From an uncultured Rickettsiales bacterium (lineage in GTDB: Bacteria > Pseudomonadota > Alphaproteobacteria > Rickettsiales > JALZUV01): 64,000 nucleotides of DNA. The stretch is taken from the NCBI GenBank assembly GCA_964654855.1, contig CAZZJS010000008.1:4220-68219 (forward strand), given 5' to 3'. How positions within the stretch are numbered: position 1 is the first letter of the stretch; each line of letters opens with the position of its first letter. Below, one piece after another: positions 26,506-34,576 of the stretch. Made by a program: the position numbers and the translations under genes. Below the pieces are notes generated by a model. The model saw only the letters and a list, made by a program, of their open reading frames with translations, had not been told where the DNA came from and did not search any database.

Positions 26506-27609
26506 TTACGCCCAGTCAATTTCCCCTGAATTATAGCGCTTCATACCTTTGAAGATAAAACGATTTGAATACCCTAGCGCATCCCAAAAAGTGTAAACTT
26601 CTTTTACCTCTAAATCCTTCATAGGATTCCCTTTATTATCAAGATTAACGAAATTTGTTGTAGGATTAATATCAAACCCTTTTTGTTCAAGGTAGCGCTT
26701 AATAGAATAGGTTGCCACACGATAAATTCCCATCATAGCACGTACGTATTTGGGACTACCTGGTTTGCATTGCAAGGCACGAATCTTTTTCCCTTCAAGG
26801 TTAAGATTCTGCAATTTAACATGCACCCTATAAGGTGGATAAGAAGATGCCGAGTGATCATTCTTACAGAATATTGTTTTGATGCTGTCACGAATTTTGT
26901 TTATGTCATCCTTTGGGTCGCGGATTAAAAACCCGTGCCAATGTAAATGACCGAAGCCATACTCGTGTTCACCGTGGGGGTAGTTGTATGAAATGTCGAG
27001 TCCTAAACCAATGACTACATTCTCTAGAGCTGGATGACGACGAATGCGGTCACCTGTTTTGCGACATTGATCTGTAGAAAAACTCCGTTTTATGTTTGGT
27101 AAAACCTTTTTAAGTTTTTCTGCTGTTTCTGGTAGACGATCAATGGGTATTGCATATTTCGGAGGAATAATAGTCATATGGTAAATTGCATCTGAACGGC
27201 AAGTCTCCACTAAACGAGTCATTTGATATGCATGACTCATACGTAAATATGCAGAGCAAGCTGGACAAATGAATTGATCGCATGGCGTATGGTCCGACAA
27301 TTTATTACGATTTGGGTACATCTGATTTTTCAGCATAAAGTTTGCTAATTCGCACTCTTTCAGCTTGTTTAGCGCCTTATAAAGACGCTTATCAATTTTA
27401 AGTAATTTTTCTGTTTTCTTTATATTACGAATGATCGACTTTGCAGATTCAAAGCCTTTCTTTTTGTCTTTCTCACATACAATCTTCTTATTCTCCTGAC
27501 GAGTAAATGCATTATATTCACGCATAAGAGCAAACGCTTCTTTCCCATGGTTTTTTAGAATACTCTCGGTCAAATTTTGCTTTTTTGGTTTGGGTTTCTT
27601 GACAGTCAT
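26506..27609 (-). CDS. putative rolling-circle replication initiator (HUH endonuclease-like)
   Basis: 367 aa. HUH-like GHLHWHGFLI, downstream double-Tyr segment GIYRVATYSIKRY, Cys cluster CDQFICPACSAY. Start and stop abut the upstream HTH gene. Confidence 0.5.
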   Translation of the reverse strand: MTVKKPKPKKQNLTESILKNHGKEAFALMREYNAFTRQENKKIVCEKDKKKGFESAKSIIRNIKKTEKLLKIDKRLYKALNKLKECELANFMLKNQMYPNRNKLSDHTPCDQFICPACSAYLRMSHAYQMTRLVETCRSDAIYHMTIIPPKYAIPIDRLPETAEKLKKVLPNIKRSFSTDQCRKTGDRIRRHPALENVVIGLGLDISYNYPHGEHEYGFGHLHWHGFLIRDPKDDINKIRDSIKTIFCKNDHSASSYPPYRVHVKLQNLNLEGKKIRALQCKPGSPKYVRAMMGIYRVATYSIKRYLEQKGFDINPTTNFVNLDNKGNPMKDLEVKEVYTFWDALGYSNRFIFKGMKRYNSGEIDWA

Positions 27610-28097
27610 TACGCACCCCCATTCAGTTGGTTGAGGTTATCACGAAGATACGCTTCAACATCGCTGCGGTGATAGCGGACAAGTGAGCCAATTTTATGAT
27701 ACGGAAGATTTATGCCTAAACCGCTATAGCGCGACTTCTGTAAAGGCTTCACTGAAATACGAAGATAGTGAGCGACTTCCTTTTCAGTCATTAGATCATG
27801 CATCTCAGACAGGTTCTTGGTTTGTGCCGTGGATAAGGTTGTTGCTTTAACCGCAAAGGACAAAATCTTGTCGATCAGCTTCTGTACACTGAAGCGTTCG
27901 GGTTTACCTTCTTCATTGATAAGCGTCATAGGTTCAACAGGTTCTTCGACGCGGACAACACCAAGTCCATCAAACTCCTTGTGATAGGTGATACGGGTAG
28001 TCAATGAGGACTTTGCCCCATAATTAATGTGAATCATGATATGATTCCCTTCTGCCCACTCAGGTTTCCGGAATCCCATGTAAAAGCGAGTGAGCAT
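27609..28097 (-). CDS. hypothetical protein with C-terminal HTH_17 (excisionase-type) domain
   Basis: LMTEKEVAHYLRISVKPLQKSRYSGLGINLPYHKIGSLVRYHRSDVEAYL. ATG start. Its stop overlaps the Rep-like start. Confidence 0.6.
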   Translation of the reverse strand: MLTRFYMGFRKPEWAEGNHIMIHINYGAKSSLTTRITYHKEFDGLGVVRVEEPVEPMTLINEEGKPERFSVQKLIDKILSFAVKATTLSTAQTKNLSEMHDLMTEKEVAHYLRISVKPLQKSRYSGLGINLPYHKIGSLVRYHRSDVEAYLRDNLNQLNGGA

Positions 28098-28332
28098 GCC
28101 CTTTAATGGGTATACTCACGGAACTTAAAGCATTTGCTAGAAGCGGCTTTGCCTAAAAGCCTGTCGTGTACAATCTAAATTATTATCAAACATGTTGCTT
28201 GAAAGAATTTAAGTTAGGTAGATAACTTTGGCTTAACGCTACCCTCATTAGTACATGCACGATCATACACTAATATCTGTTAAGGAGTCAAGATTTTGGC
28301 ATGCTGTTTTTTTACTAAATTTAGCAAACGCT

Positions 28333-28800
28333 TTATGAAGACTCAGGTTTTCCAAATATTTTTTCTGCATCAGTAATTTGCTGATACCAATAGTCTTGCT
28401 GTTCTGCTGGCTGTGAAGCTACAACTTGAAATATTCTATAAGCGTTAGCACTCACATCTTTGCTTTCAGAATCAAACGAGAATAAATCACGCATCTCGAC
28501 ACGTAATAGTCTTGAAGCTTTATAAGCGACTTCAATAGGGCAGCGATTCTCACCGCGCTCTATGCGTGAAATATGTTCTTTAGAAACGCCTACTGAATCA
28601 GCTAATGTTTGCTGAGTAATTCCCGCAATACCGCGAAGCGTTTTCAGGCGTTTACCAAATAGCTTTAATAATTTTTTCTTTTCCACCGCAATATAATCGC
28701 ATATTGCCACTGAACTTCCACGCCATTTACTGTTGATTTTAATGCAGGTTTTGCTAAATAATCGTGATAATTGCCTACTTGTGGCGATACCTAGAAACAA
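28333..28800 (-). CDS. XRE-family HTH transcriptional regulator (start uncertain)
   Basis: FGKRLKTLRGIAGITQQTLADSVGVSKEHISRIERGENRCPIE. The N-terminal part has no ATG. Candidate starts are TTG 28800, GTG 28710 and GTG 28686; the shorter forms leave about 100 bp of divergent promoter region. Confidence 0.75.
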   Translation of the reverse strand: MFLGIATSRQLSRLFSKTCIKINSKWRGSSVAICDYIAVEKKKLLKLFGKRLKTLRGIAGITQQTLADSVGVSKEHISRIERGENRCPIEVAYKASRLLRVEMRDLFSFDSESKDVSANAYRIFQVVASQPAEQQDYWYQQITDAEKIFGKPESS

Positions 28801-28811
28801 AATGGTGAAAT

Positions 28812-29450
28812 ATGATGCCTAAGATCGAAGAATTATCGCAGCTAAATGAGCTACGTAAACAGGGGGCTTTAAGCGAAGCTGAGTTTGAAGCGCAGAAGAA
28901 AAAGATTCTGGAAGGTGATGCTGAAACAGCAGAACGAGCTGCATCAGAAGAAACATCCAAGCAAGGTAAGTCCAAGTACGTAAACTGGGAAGATGTACCG
29001 CTAAAGCATAAGTTCTGGCTCCATATGTTGTTGGGATTGTTTGCAGGGCCGCTTGGGGTGATCCCATTTGCGCTATTCCCATCCTATATGAAGAACAAAA
29101 AAGGCGGCGTTGATCGGGCCGGTAAAGCGATGAAAGCTCTCTTTGCTTGCGGCTTTGTTATTTTGTGGGTGATTGCTGTTTTTAATCCAAGTTCTGATTT
29201 TACCTTGCCGTTATGCGATAGTGCCGCAGTGGAACAGACGCTTGGTCAGTTAGTCGCAAACGGCCCACAAAGTAAACTGGTGAATATCAAGCTACTGCAA
29301 GTCACGAATGCCGCAGAGATTTCTTATGATGCACAGCTTCTTGAGCGCGCTTGTACTGCTGATCTACTGTTAAATACAGGCAATGAGTCCGTGCGCTTTA
29401 AAGTCACTAAAGGCAAAGCGTTTGGCACATTCCTAGTGCAGACATTCTAA
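28812..29450 (+). CDS. membrane protein with N-terminal SHOCT domain (paralog 1)
   Basis: SHOCT-like IEELSQLNELRKQGALSEAEFEAQKKKILEG. Two TM segments flank FPSYMK. The C-terminal domain has conserved Cys (CDSAAV...SYD...C). Confidence 0.7.
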   Translation: MMPKIEELSQLNELRKQGALSEAEFEAQKKKILEGDAETAERAASEETSKQGKSKYVNWEDVPLKHKFWLHMLLGLFAGPLGVIPFALFPSYMKNKKGGVDRAGKAMKALFACGFVILWVIAVFNPSSDFTLPLCDSAAVEQTLGQLVANGPQSKLVNIKLLQVTNAAEISYDAQLLERACTADLLLNTGNESVRFKVTKGKAFGTFLVQTF

Positions 29451-29453
29451 GTT

Positions 29454-30086
29454 ATGCCCAGCACCGATGAACTGATTAAGCTGAGTCAACTGCATCAGGA
29501 TGGCATCCTAACGCAGGAAGAGTTCGAAGCTGAAAAGCAGAAGATTCTAAATGTTACGCCTACTACGCAAAAGCATGTTCCAGCTTCGGAAGTCGAAGTA
29601 ACGCTGCTGAAAGGCTGGGATGATATACCACTGCGGTGGAAGCTGTGGTTCCAGCTTATAGTGAGTATTTTCCTGCCGCTAATAGGATTGTTGTTGATGG
29701 TGTTCTTACCCTCCTATTCCAAGACAGAAGATGAAAAAGCACAAAAGGTTAGGAATACATCAAAGAGCATTTATATGGTGGCCATTCTAGCTGCATGGGG
29801 GCTGTTTGTACTAGTGGAAAGCGTAACCTTCCCTGAATGTGACAGCAGCAGGGTAATAGAGCGTTTAGACACGCTTATCGAGAAAGAGCCTTTATTGAAA
29901 TTCGCTAATATTAAGCCGCTATGGCATGTGGTAGTGTCTGAGACTTCCTATGATGAAGGTGCTGGCAAGCGTGTTTGTAAAACAGAAATGCTGCTGGAGA
30001 ATGGCAAGGACTTCACAATACGCTATGAGCTAATAGAAGAAGTCACTGAAGCGGGCGCCTTTTCGATAAACTTGCTCTATAAGTGA
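29454..30086 (+). CDS. membrane protein with N-terminal SHOCT domain (paralog 2)
   Basis: Starts 3 nt after paralog 1. TDELIKLSQLHQDGILTQEEFEAEKQKILN. Shares W(E/D)D(V/I)PL, (F/L)PSY.K, CDS..V, NIK.L, SYD and L.NG with paralog 1. Confidence 0.7.
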   Translation: MPSTDELIKLSQLHQDGILTQEEFEAEKQKILNVTPTTQKHVPASEVEVTLLKGWDDIPLRWKLWFQLIVSIFLPLIGLLLMVFLPSYSKTEDEKAQKVRNTSKSIYMVAILAAWGLFVLVESVTFPECDSSRVIERLDTLIEKEPLLKFANIKPLWHVVVSETSYDEGAGKRVCKTEMLLENGKDFTIRYELIEEVTEAGAFSINLLYK

Positions 30087-30101
30087 TGCTGTCATAGATG
30101 A

Positions 30102-31121
30102 CTAATCTGTAATTCCACCAGTTTTATGAATTGTAGGCTGGTGTTTCTTTTGAATCTCAGAGGCAATTTCTTGCGCAAGTTTGTCAGACACTTCATTAAT
30201 TGCTAACTCAGCTGCTTTGCTACCATCGTTGGAGGTGAGACAAAATGCGATTTGCTGTTTAGGCAATAACACAACTTTAGCACGGTTTAATGTATTGCTA
30301 CCGTCATGTGTAAGCACCGCGCCGTTATTTAAGGAATGCATTCCAGAGCTTGTATAGGCACTTCCTTGCCCTGTTAAGACTTCTTGCGAGTGATTTAACG
30401 TATAGCTGTTTTCCATACGGTGCTGCAAAAACTTCATCCAATCTCCCATAGAGGCGTGTATTCTTCCCGCTGCATCATAAAGTGACGGGTTGTCCTCATT
30501 AATGGCTTGTCCGTTTTCTTTACTGTGTCCCCAAGGTTGGTTTGGAATATCGGACGCAGAGTCTGCCATTGAACCAAAACCAGCAGTTTGCATGTTGAGT
30601 GGTTCGAATATCCTTTCTGTGACCAGCGTCTGGTAGCCTTTGCCTGTTTGTTTTTCTGCTATAGCGCCTAACAAAATGTACCCGACATTACTATACTCAA
30701 ATTGATCTTTTGGAGTGGGAGGCGCATCACTCAGAATGTTTGATATAATGTCCTTTTTATCCAGACTCATATCTCCTTCGTAATTCACCGCCAATCCCGC
30801 TGAATGTGTGAGTAGTTGAGAAACCTTGATGTTCGCAATATCAGGATGCAATGGTTGGTCTGTAAAAATATCTTCTAAACGATCAGATAACTTTAGACGA
30901 TTTTCACCAACCAGTTGCTGTATAAGAAGCGCACTGACAGCTTTACCGCAAGAGCCAAAGTGAAATTTATCATCCGTGGTAACAGGGGTTTCATTTCCAC
31001 GCTTACGAACCCCCGAAGCAAAACTACTAATTTGTCCATCAAATAAGACAGACACGCCTAATGCTGGCAAATCATGCTCTTTTCTTTTTTGCTCAATTAT
31101 CTCTTGCGTGCCTTCAAACAT
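30102..31121 (-). CDS. serine hydrolase, beta-lactamase/PBP-like family
   Basis: SxxK FGSCGKAV, YxN YSNVGYILLG, plus LLTHSAGL. 339 aa with no signal peptide evident. Confidence 0.8.
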   Translation of the reverse strand: MFEGTQEIIEQKRKEHDLPALGVSVLFDGQISSFASGVRKRGNETPVTTDDKFHFGSCGKAVSALLIQQLVGENRLKLSDRLEDIFTDQPLHPDIANIKVSQLLTHSAGLAVNYEGDMSLDKKDIISNILSDAPPTPKDQFEYSNVGYILLGAIAEKQTGKGYQTLVTERIFEPLNMQTAGFGSMADSASDIPNQPWGHSKENGQAINEDNPSLYDAAGRIHASMGDWMKFLQHRMENSYTLNHSQEVLTGQGSAYTSSGMHSLNNGAVLTHDGSNTLNRAKVVLLPKQQIAFCLTSNDGSKAAELAINEVSDKLAQEIASEIQKKHQPTIHKTGGITD

Positions 31122-31184
31122 ACAACTTTATTGTAAATGAAAAACCTTACAGTTTGATTAAGCTCATCTTAGTTAGCACTAGTG

Positions 31185-32192
31185 CTACTGCCTTACGCTG
31201 TAACAGCGTATAAGCGCTTTATCTTCTCCACTATTAATAGTCATGCCTTCTGTAGCAAAGTAATGGTGCGCTTTGCGGTATTGCGCTTGGGTTAAATGTT
31301 CTGCTGCTACGTTAAATGCAGCAAGGGGTGACTCCATGGCATAGGGAAGCTTTAGAAAATGCGATGCAGCAATGGCGAGATTTCCTTTTAAAGCAGCAGA
31401 AGCGGTGGCAATGCCGTGCCTTTGCCAGAAGCAATCTTTGTTAGGGGCTGAAAAACGGTGTATGGCAGAGATAGCAATATCGACTTGTTCTTGTTTGATC
31501 ATGTTATGCCAGCGGGTAATGAGCTGTTGGCGTAACGGGTTTAATAGCTTGTTACTTCCTTGGTGCAATTGTCCCTCATGATAGATATGCCGCATGTATT
31601 TCTTACGTGGTGAGAACGCTTCTATTGGTTCATTCAGGCCAAACATATCATAACAAGCACATAGCAAGGCACGATGGCCTGAGGATAATGTCACGACACG
31701 GTGCGGACTATCATAATCTTCGCTATAGCCGGCAATAGAGGTGCCTTTTCCAGTACCGTTACTGTCCCGATCTGTAGGAAACACCTTTCTGCCAATACCT
31801 ATAATGCCGCTACGGTTCCAAGCGATACAAAGCTCATCTCCGCTTTCCCAATCGCTGGCCTTAGCGCTATCAACGCCGCAAATAACCGTAATATCAAGAT
31901 AGCGCGTATGAAGCTGTTTTGATGCTTTCTGCAATGCTTGTGCAAACTCGGTTACTTCTAGCGCTTGCTTGCGTCCTGCATAATCCAAACGACCACAGGC
32001 AAAGGGAGCAAAGAAATGGCCACCGGGCAGCACTACTGCATGCAGCTCTTGCCAGTTAGATTTTAGGATGGTTTGGACGGATTGTTCCAACAGTGCAATA
32101 CGCTGGGCATTAATGTTAGTGTCTATGGCTTTATCGCCAGAAGCACAGATCGTTACGATATTAAGTGGCTTCTTGGTATTTGTTTCTGGCAT
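31185..32192 (-). CDS. hypothetical protein, weak carbon-nitrogen-hydrolase-like pattern
   Basis: 335 aa with alternating beta-like strands. GRKVFPT and LLCACYDMFG resemble the Lys and Cys motifs of nitrilase-superfamily enzymes, but the catalytic Glu motif is not evident (VVLPGG). Confidence 0.5.
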   Translation of the reverse strand: MPETNTKKPLNIVTICASGDKAIDTNINAQRIALLEQSVQTILKSNWQELHAVVLPGGHFFAPFACGRLDYAGRKQALEVTEFAQALQKASKQLHTRYLDITVICGVDSAKASDWESGDELCIAWNRSGIIGIGRKVFPTDRDSNGTGKGTSIAGYSEDYDSPHRVVTLSSGHRALLCACYDMFGLNEPIEAFSPRKKYMRHIYHEGQLHQGSNKLLNPLRQQLITRWHNMIKQEQVDIAISAIHRFSAPNKDCFWQRHGIATASAALKGNLAIAASHFLKLPYAMESPLAAFNVAAEHLTQAQYRKAHHYFATEGMTINSGEDKALIRCYSVRQ

Positions 32193-32482
32193 AATCGGTT
32201 CCTTTTGTTGTTATGCCCCGAAGGCTACAAAAGGCACAAAGCCCGTCAATTCGTTGATGAGCAGGCATGAGTTGGCTATAGTAATGGCAGAAAGTTTCGA
32301 TAGTGGCGTTGCTTCATAACAAGAGTAAACAGGTAAAAGCGCTAAAAACGAGTCTGGAACTACCCCACAGCACCCTGCGTTTCTACGTCTGTTCCTTATT
32401 ATAGCCTTATTAATTTGGAAGCGAGCATTCTTCGCTGATCGCGTGACGACCAAGTAAGCTATTGAACAATATTATGAAATAA

Positions 32483-32558
32483 TGGTGGAGGATACAGGAG
32501 TCGAACCTGCGACCTCTTGAATGCAAATCAAGCGCTCTACCAACTGAGCTAATCCCCC
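32483..32558 (-). tRNA. tRNA-Ala (anticodon UGC), CCA encoded
   Basis: Reverse complement GGGGGATTAGCTCAGTTGGTAGAGCGCTTGATTTGCATTCAAGAGGTCGCAGGTTCGACTCCTGTATCCTCCACCA. Cloverleaf folds, G3:U70 identity pair present, anticodon loop TTTGCAT. Confidence 0.95.
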
Positions 32559-32651
32559 ACAAGCAAGAGACGCACTATTTGCCGCGATTGCGCTCTTGTG
32601 TCAAGCGAAAAGCGGGCTGGTATTTCTGCTCTGCTTTTGTATAAGTGCAAT

Positions 32652-33218
32652 ATGCGTTTTATCTTTCTTATCTTCTTTCCCGTTTTTCTGATTGTGCTGG
32701 GTGTATATGGTGCCGGTTCATCGCTTCCTGTGCAAAATACAGTGGTGCGAGGTGTTTCTCTTCCCATCCCTCAAGATAGGCTATGGGAGCTTTTAACAGA
32801 GTTTGAAGCGATGGGCCAATGGCATGAAGAGATTACTAAAGTGACGGCCCTTCCGGAGTTGGAAACAAAGAAAGTATTATGGCATGTGACTGAAAAGGAT
32901 CAAAAGTCTTACGTGATTGTGCCTAGCTATCAATCAAAACCTGATATTTTCAATGTAGAATGGGTAGAAAATAGTCTGCCTTACCAAGTGCGCTGGGAAA
33001 CTAGTTTGGTAGATAAAACGCCAAAGCCGAAAGAAAAAGAGGAAGTTGCGGCGAAAACTTTTATTAAAATTACGGAAACTTCAAAAACCTCTAACCCATT
33101 TGTCCGATTCTTTATTCAATATTTTGTGGGTTATGAAACGAATGTTGAGCAGTATCTTCAGAATTTAGCTAAACATTTTGAAGTACCAAAATCAGAAATT
33201 AAAGAATTGATGGCATAA
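32652..33218 (+). CDS. membrane-anchored SRPBCC-like protein
   Basis: ATG 32652 (MRFIFLIFFPVFLIVLGVYG anchor). The remaining ~170 aa resemble polyketide-cyclase/SRPBCC-type proteins. Weak call. Confidence 0.45.
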   Translation: MRFIFLIFFPVFLIVLGVYGAGSSLPVQNTVVRGVSLPIPQDRLWELLTEFEAMGQWHEEITKVTALPELETKKVLWHVTEKDQKSYVIVPSYQSKPDIFNVEWVENSLPYQVRWETSLVDKTPKPKEKEEVAAKTFIKITETSKTSNPFVRFFIQYFVGYETNVEQYLQNLAKHFEVPKSEIKELMA

Positions 33219-34543
33219 TGAGTGATAAAGCCCAGCAATTATTGAAAATGGCGCAGAAGTTAGGTGCTGAGAGTGCCGATGTACTATTTTCTAATTCAAC
33301 CAGCATGAGCGCTTCTATTCGTTTAGGGAAATTGGAAGAGCTAGAGCGTGCCGAATCCGGTGGTATTGGGTTACGCGTATTCATGGGTAAGCAGCAAGGG
33401 GTGGCCTCAGGCAGTGATTTACGCAGTGAAAGCTTGTCTCAGATTGCAGAGCGTGCCGTGGCGATAGCTAAACAAGCGCCTGAAGACCCATATGCTGGGT
33501 TGCCAGAGCAGGAATCGATTGCGAAAGACTGGCCACAGCTCGATATGGTAGATAAAGAAGAACCTGAAGTAGATTGGTTGCTGGAGCAATGTCGTGAGGC
33601 AGAAGAAACAGCCTTGGCAGTGAAAGGGGTGACGAATTCCGAAGGTGGTAGCGCTGGTTATAGCCGCGGTGATATCACCTTACTTACCAGCGATGGCTTT
33701 AGTGGCTCCTATGCCAAAACCTCCTTTAGCTTGTCGGCGAGTGTGCTGGTGGGGGAAGGTACAGGCATGGAACGTGACTATGCTTATAGTGCTGCACGTC
33801 ACCGTAAGTTATTGAAAAGCGGCAGGGAAATTGGAAAGGAGGCAGCAGAGCGTGCCCTCAAACGACTCAACCCAACCAAGAAAGAAACCTGTAAAGTTCC
33901 GGTGGTTTTTGATCCGCGTGTGGCTCGTGGATTGGTGGGTAACTTTACCAGCGCCATTTCGGGATCTGCCGTTGCGCGTGGGACATCTTTCTTAAAAGAT
34001 AAAATGGGTGAACAGATTTTTAATTCTAATATTACTATTTTGGATGAACCTCATCGTGAAAATGGGTTAGCTTCACGCCCTTTTGATGGTGAAGGTTGTA
34101 AGAGTGAGGCGCTAACCTTGGTAGAAAAAGGTGTATTAAATCATTGGTTGCTCGATAGCCGTTCAGCGCGTCAGTTAGGCTTGCAAACGAATGGCCGTGC
34201 AGCGCGAGGGCTTTCTTCAGGAACTTCCCCTACAAGTACGAATGTGACATTGAAGGCGGGTGAATTAAGCCCTGAGTCTATAATTAGCGAGATTGAAGAT
34301 GGTTTCTATGTGGTCGAAACTTTTGGTATGGGCGTGAATCTTGTAACAGGTGATTACAGTCAAGGTGCGAGTGGTTTTTGGATTGAAAATGGCAAGCTTG
34401 CTTACCCTGTGAGCGAAGTAACCATTGCTTCTACGCTGCCAGAGATGTTTTCAGAGTTAACAGCGGCGAATGATTTAACGACAGAATATGCAACTAATAC
34501 GCCGACTTTACGGATTAATGAGATGACAGTAGCGGGAAATTAG
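33218..34543 (+). CDS. pmbA: PmbA/TldE metalloprotease modulator family
   Basis: 441 aa. N-terminus LLKMAQKLGAESADVLF..., C-terminus GDYSQGASGFWIENGKLAYPVSEVTIA is typical of PmbA/TldD-fold proteins. Confidence 0.85.
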   Translation: MSDKAQQLLKMAQKLGAESADVLFSNSTSMSASIRLGKLEELERAESGGIGLRVFMGKQQGVASGSDLRSESLSQIAERAVAIAKQAPEDPYAGLPEQESIAKDWPQLDMVDKEEPEVDWLLEQCREAEETALAVKGVTNSEGGSAGYSRGDITLLTSDGFSGSYAKTSFSLSASVLVGEGTGMERDYAYSAARHRKLLKSGREIGKEAAERALKRLNPTKKETCKVPVVFDPRVARGLVGNFTSAISGSAVARGTSFLKDKMGEQIFNSNITILDEPHRENGLASRPFDGEGCKSEALTLVEKGVLNHWLLDSRSARQLGLQTNGRAARGLSSGTSPTSTNVTLKAGELSPESIISEIEDGFYVVETFGMGVNLVTGDYSQGASGFWIENGKLAYPVSEVTIASTLPEMFSELTAANDLTTEYATNTPTLRINEMTVAGN

Positions 34544-34576
34544 CCAAAAGAGCTAAAACCTGCTAAAAGCGCAATC

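Larger units (their letters stand above)
17550..32482. mobile_element. integrative island A (int, LlaJI-like R-M, AlpA, DUF2130, Rep module, SHOCT pair, hydrolases)
   Basis: Bounded by att copy 17504-17549 and the intact tRNA-Ala. A P4-type integrase sits at the distal end. Content is accessory. Confidence 0.75.

Noticed and set aside
28812-30086. Interpreting the SHOCT pair as a holin/endolysin-type lysis cassette
   Set aside because: No lysozyme, amidase or spanin-like gene is adjacent, and the proteins are paralogs of each other rather than a holin-antiholin pair of dual starts. Left as unknown membrane module.
32211-32453. 80-aa ORF between the last island gene and tRNA-Ala
   Set aside because: It overlaps the att-arm region, is Arg/Cys-rich and has no SD, so it is likely spurious.
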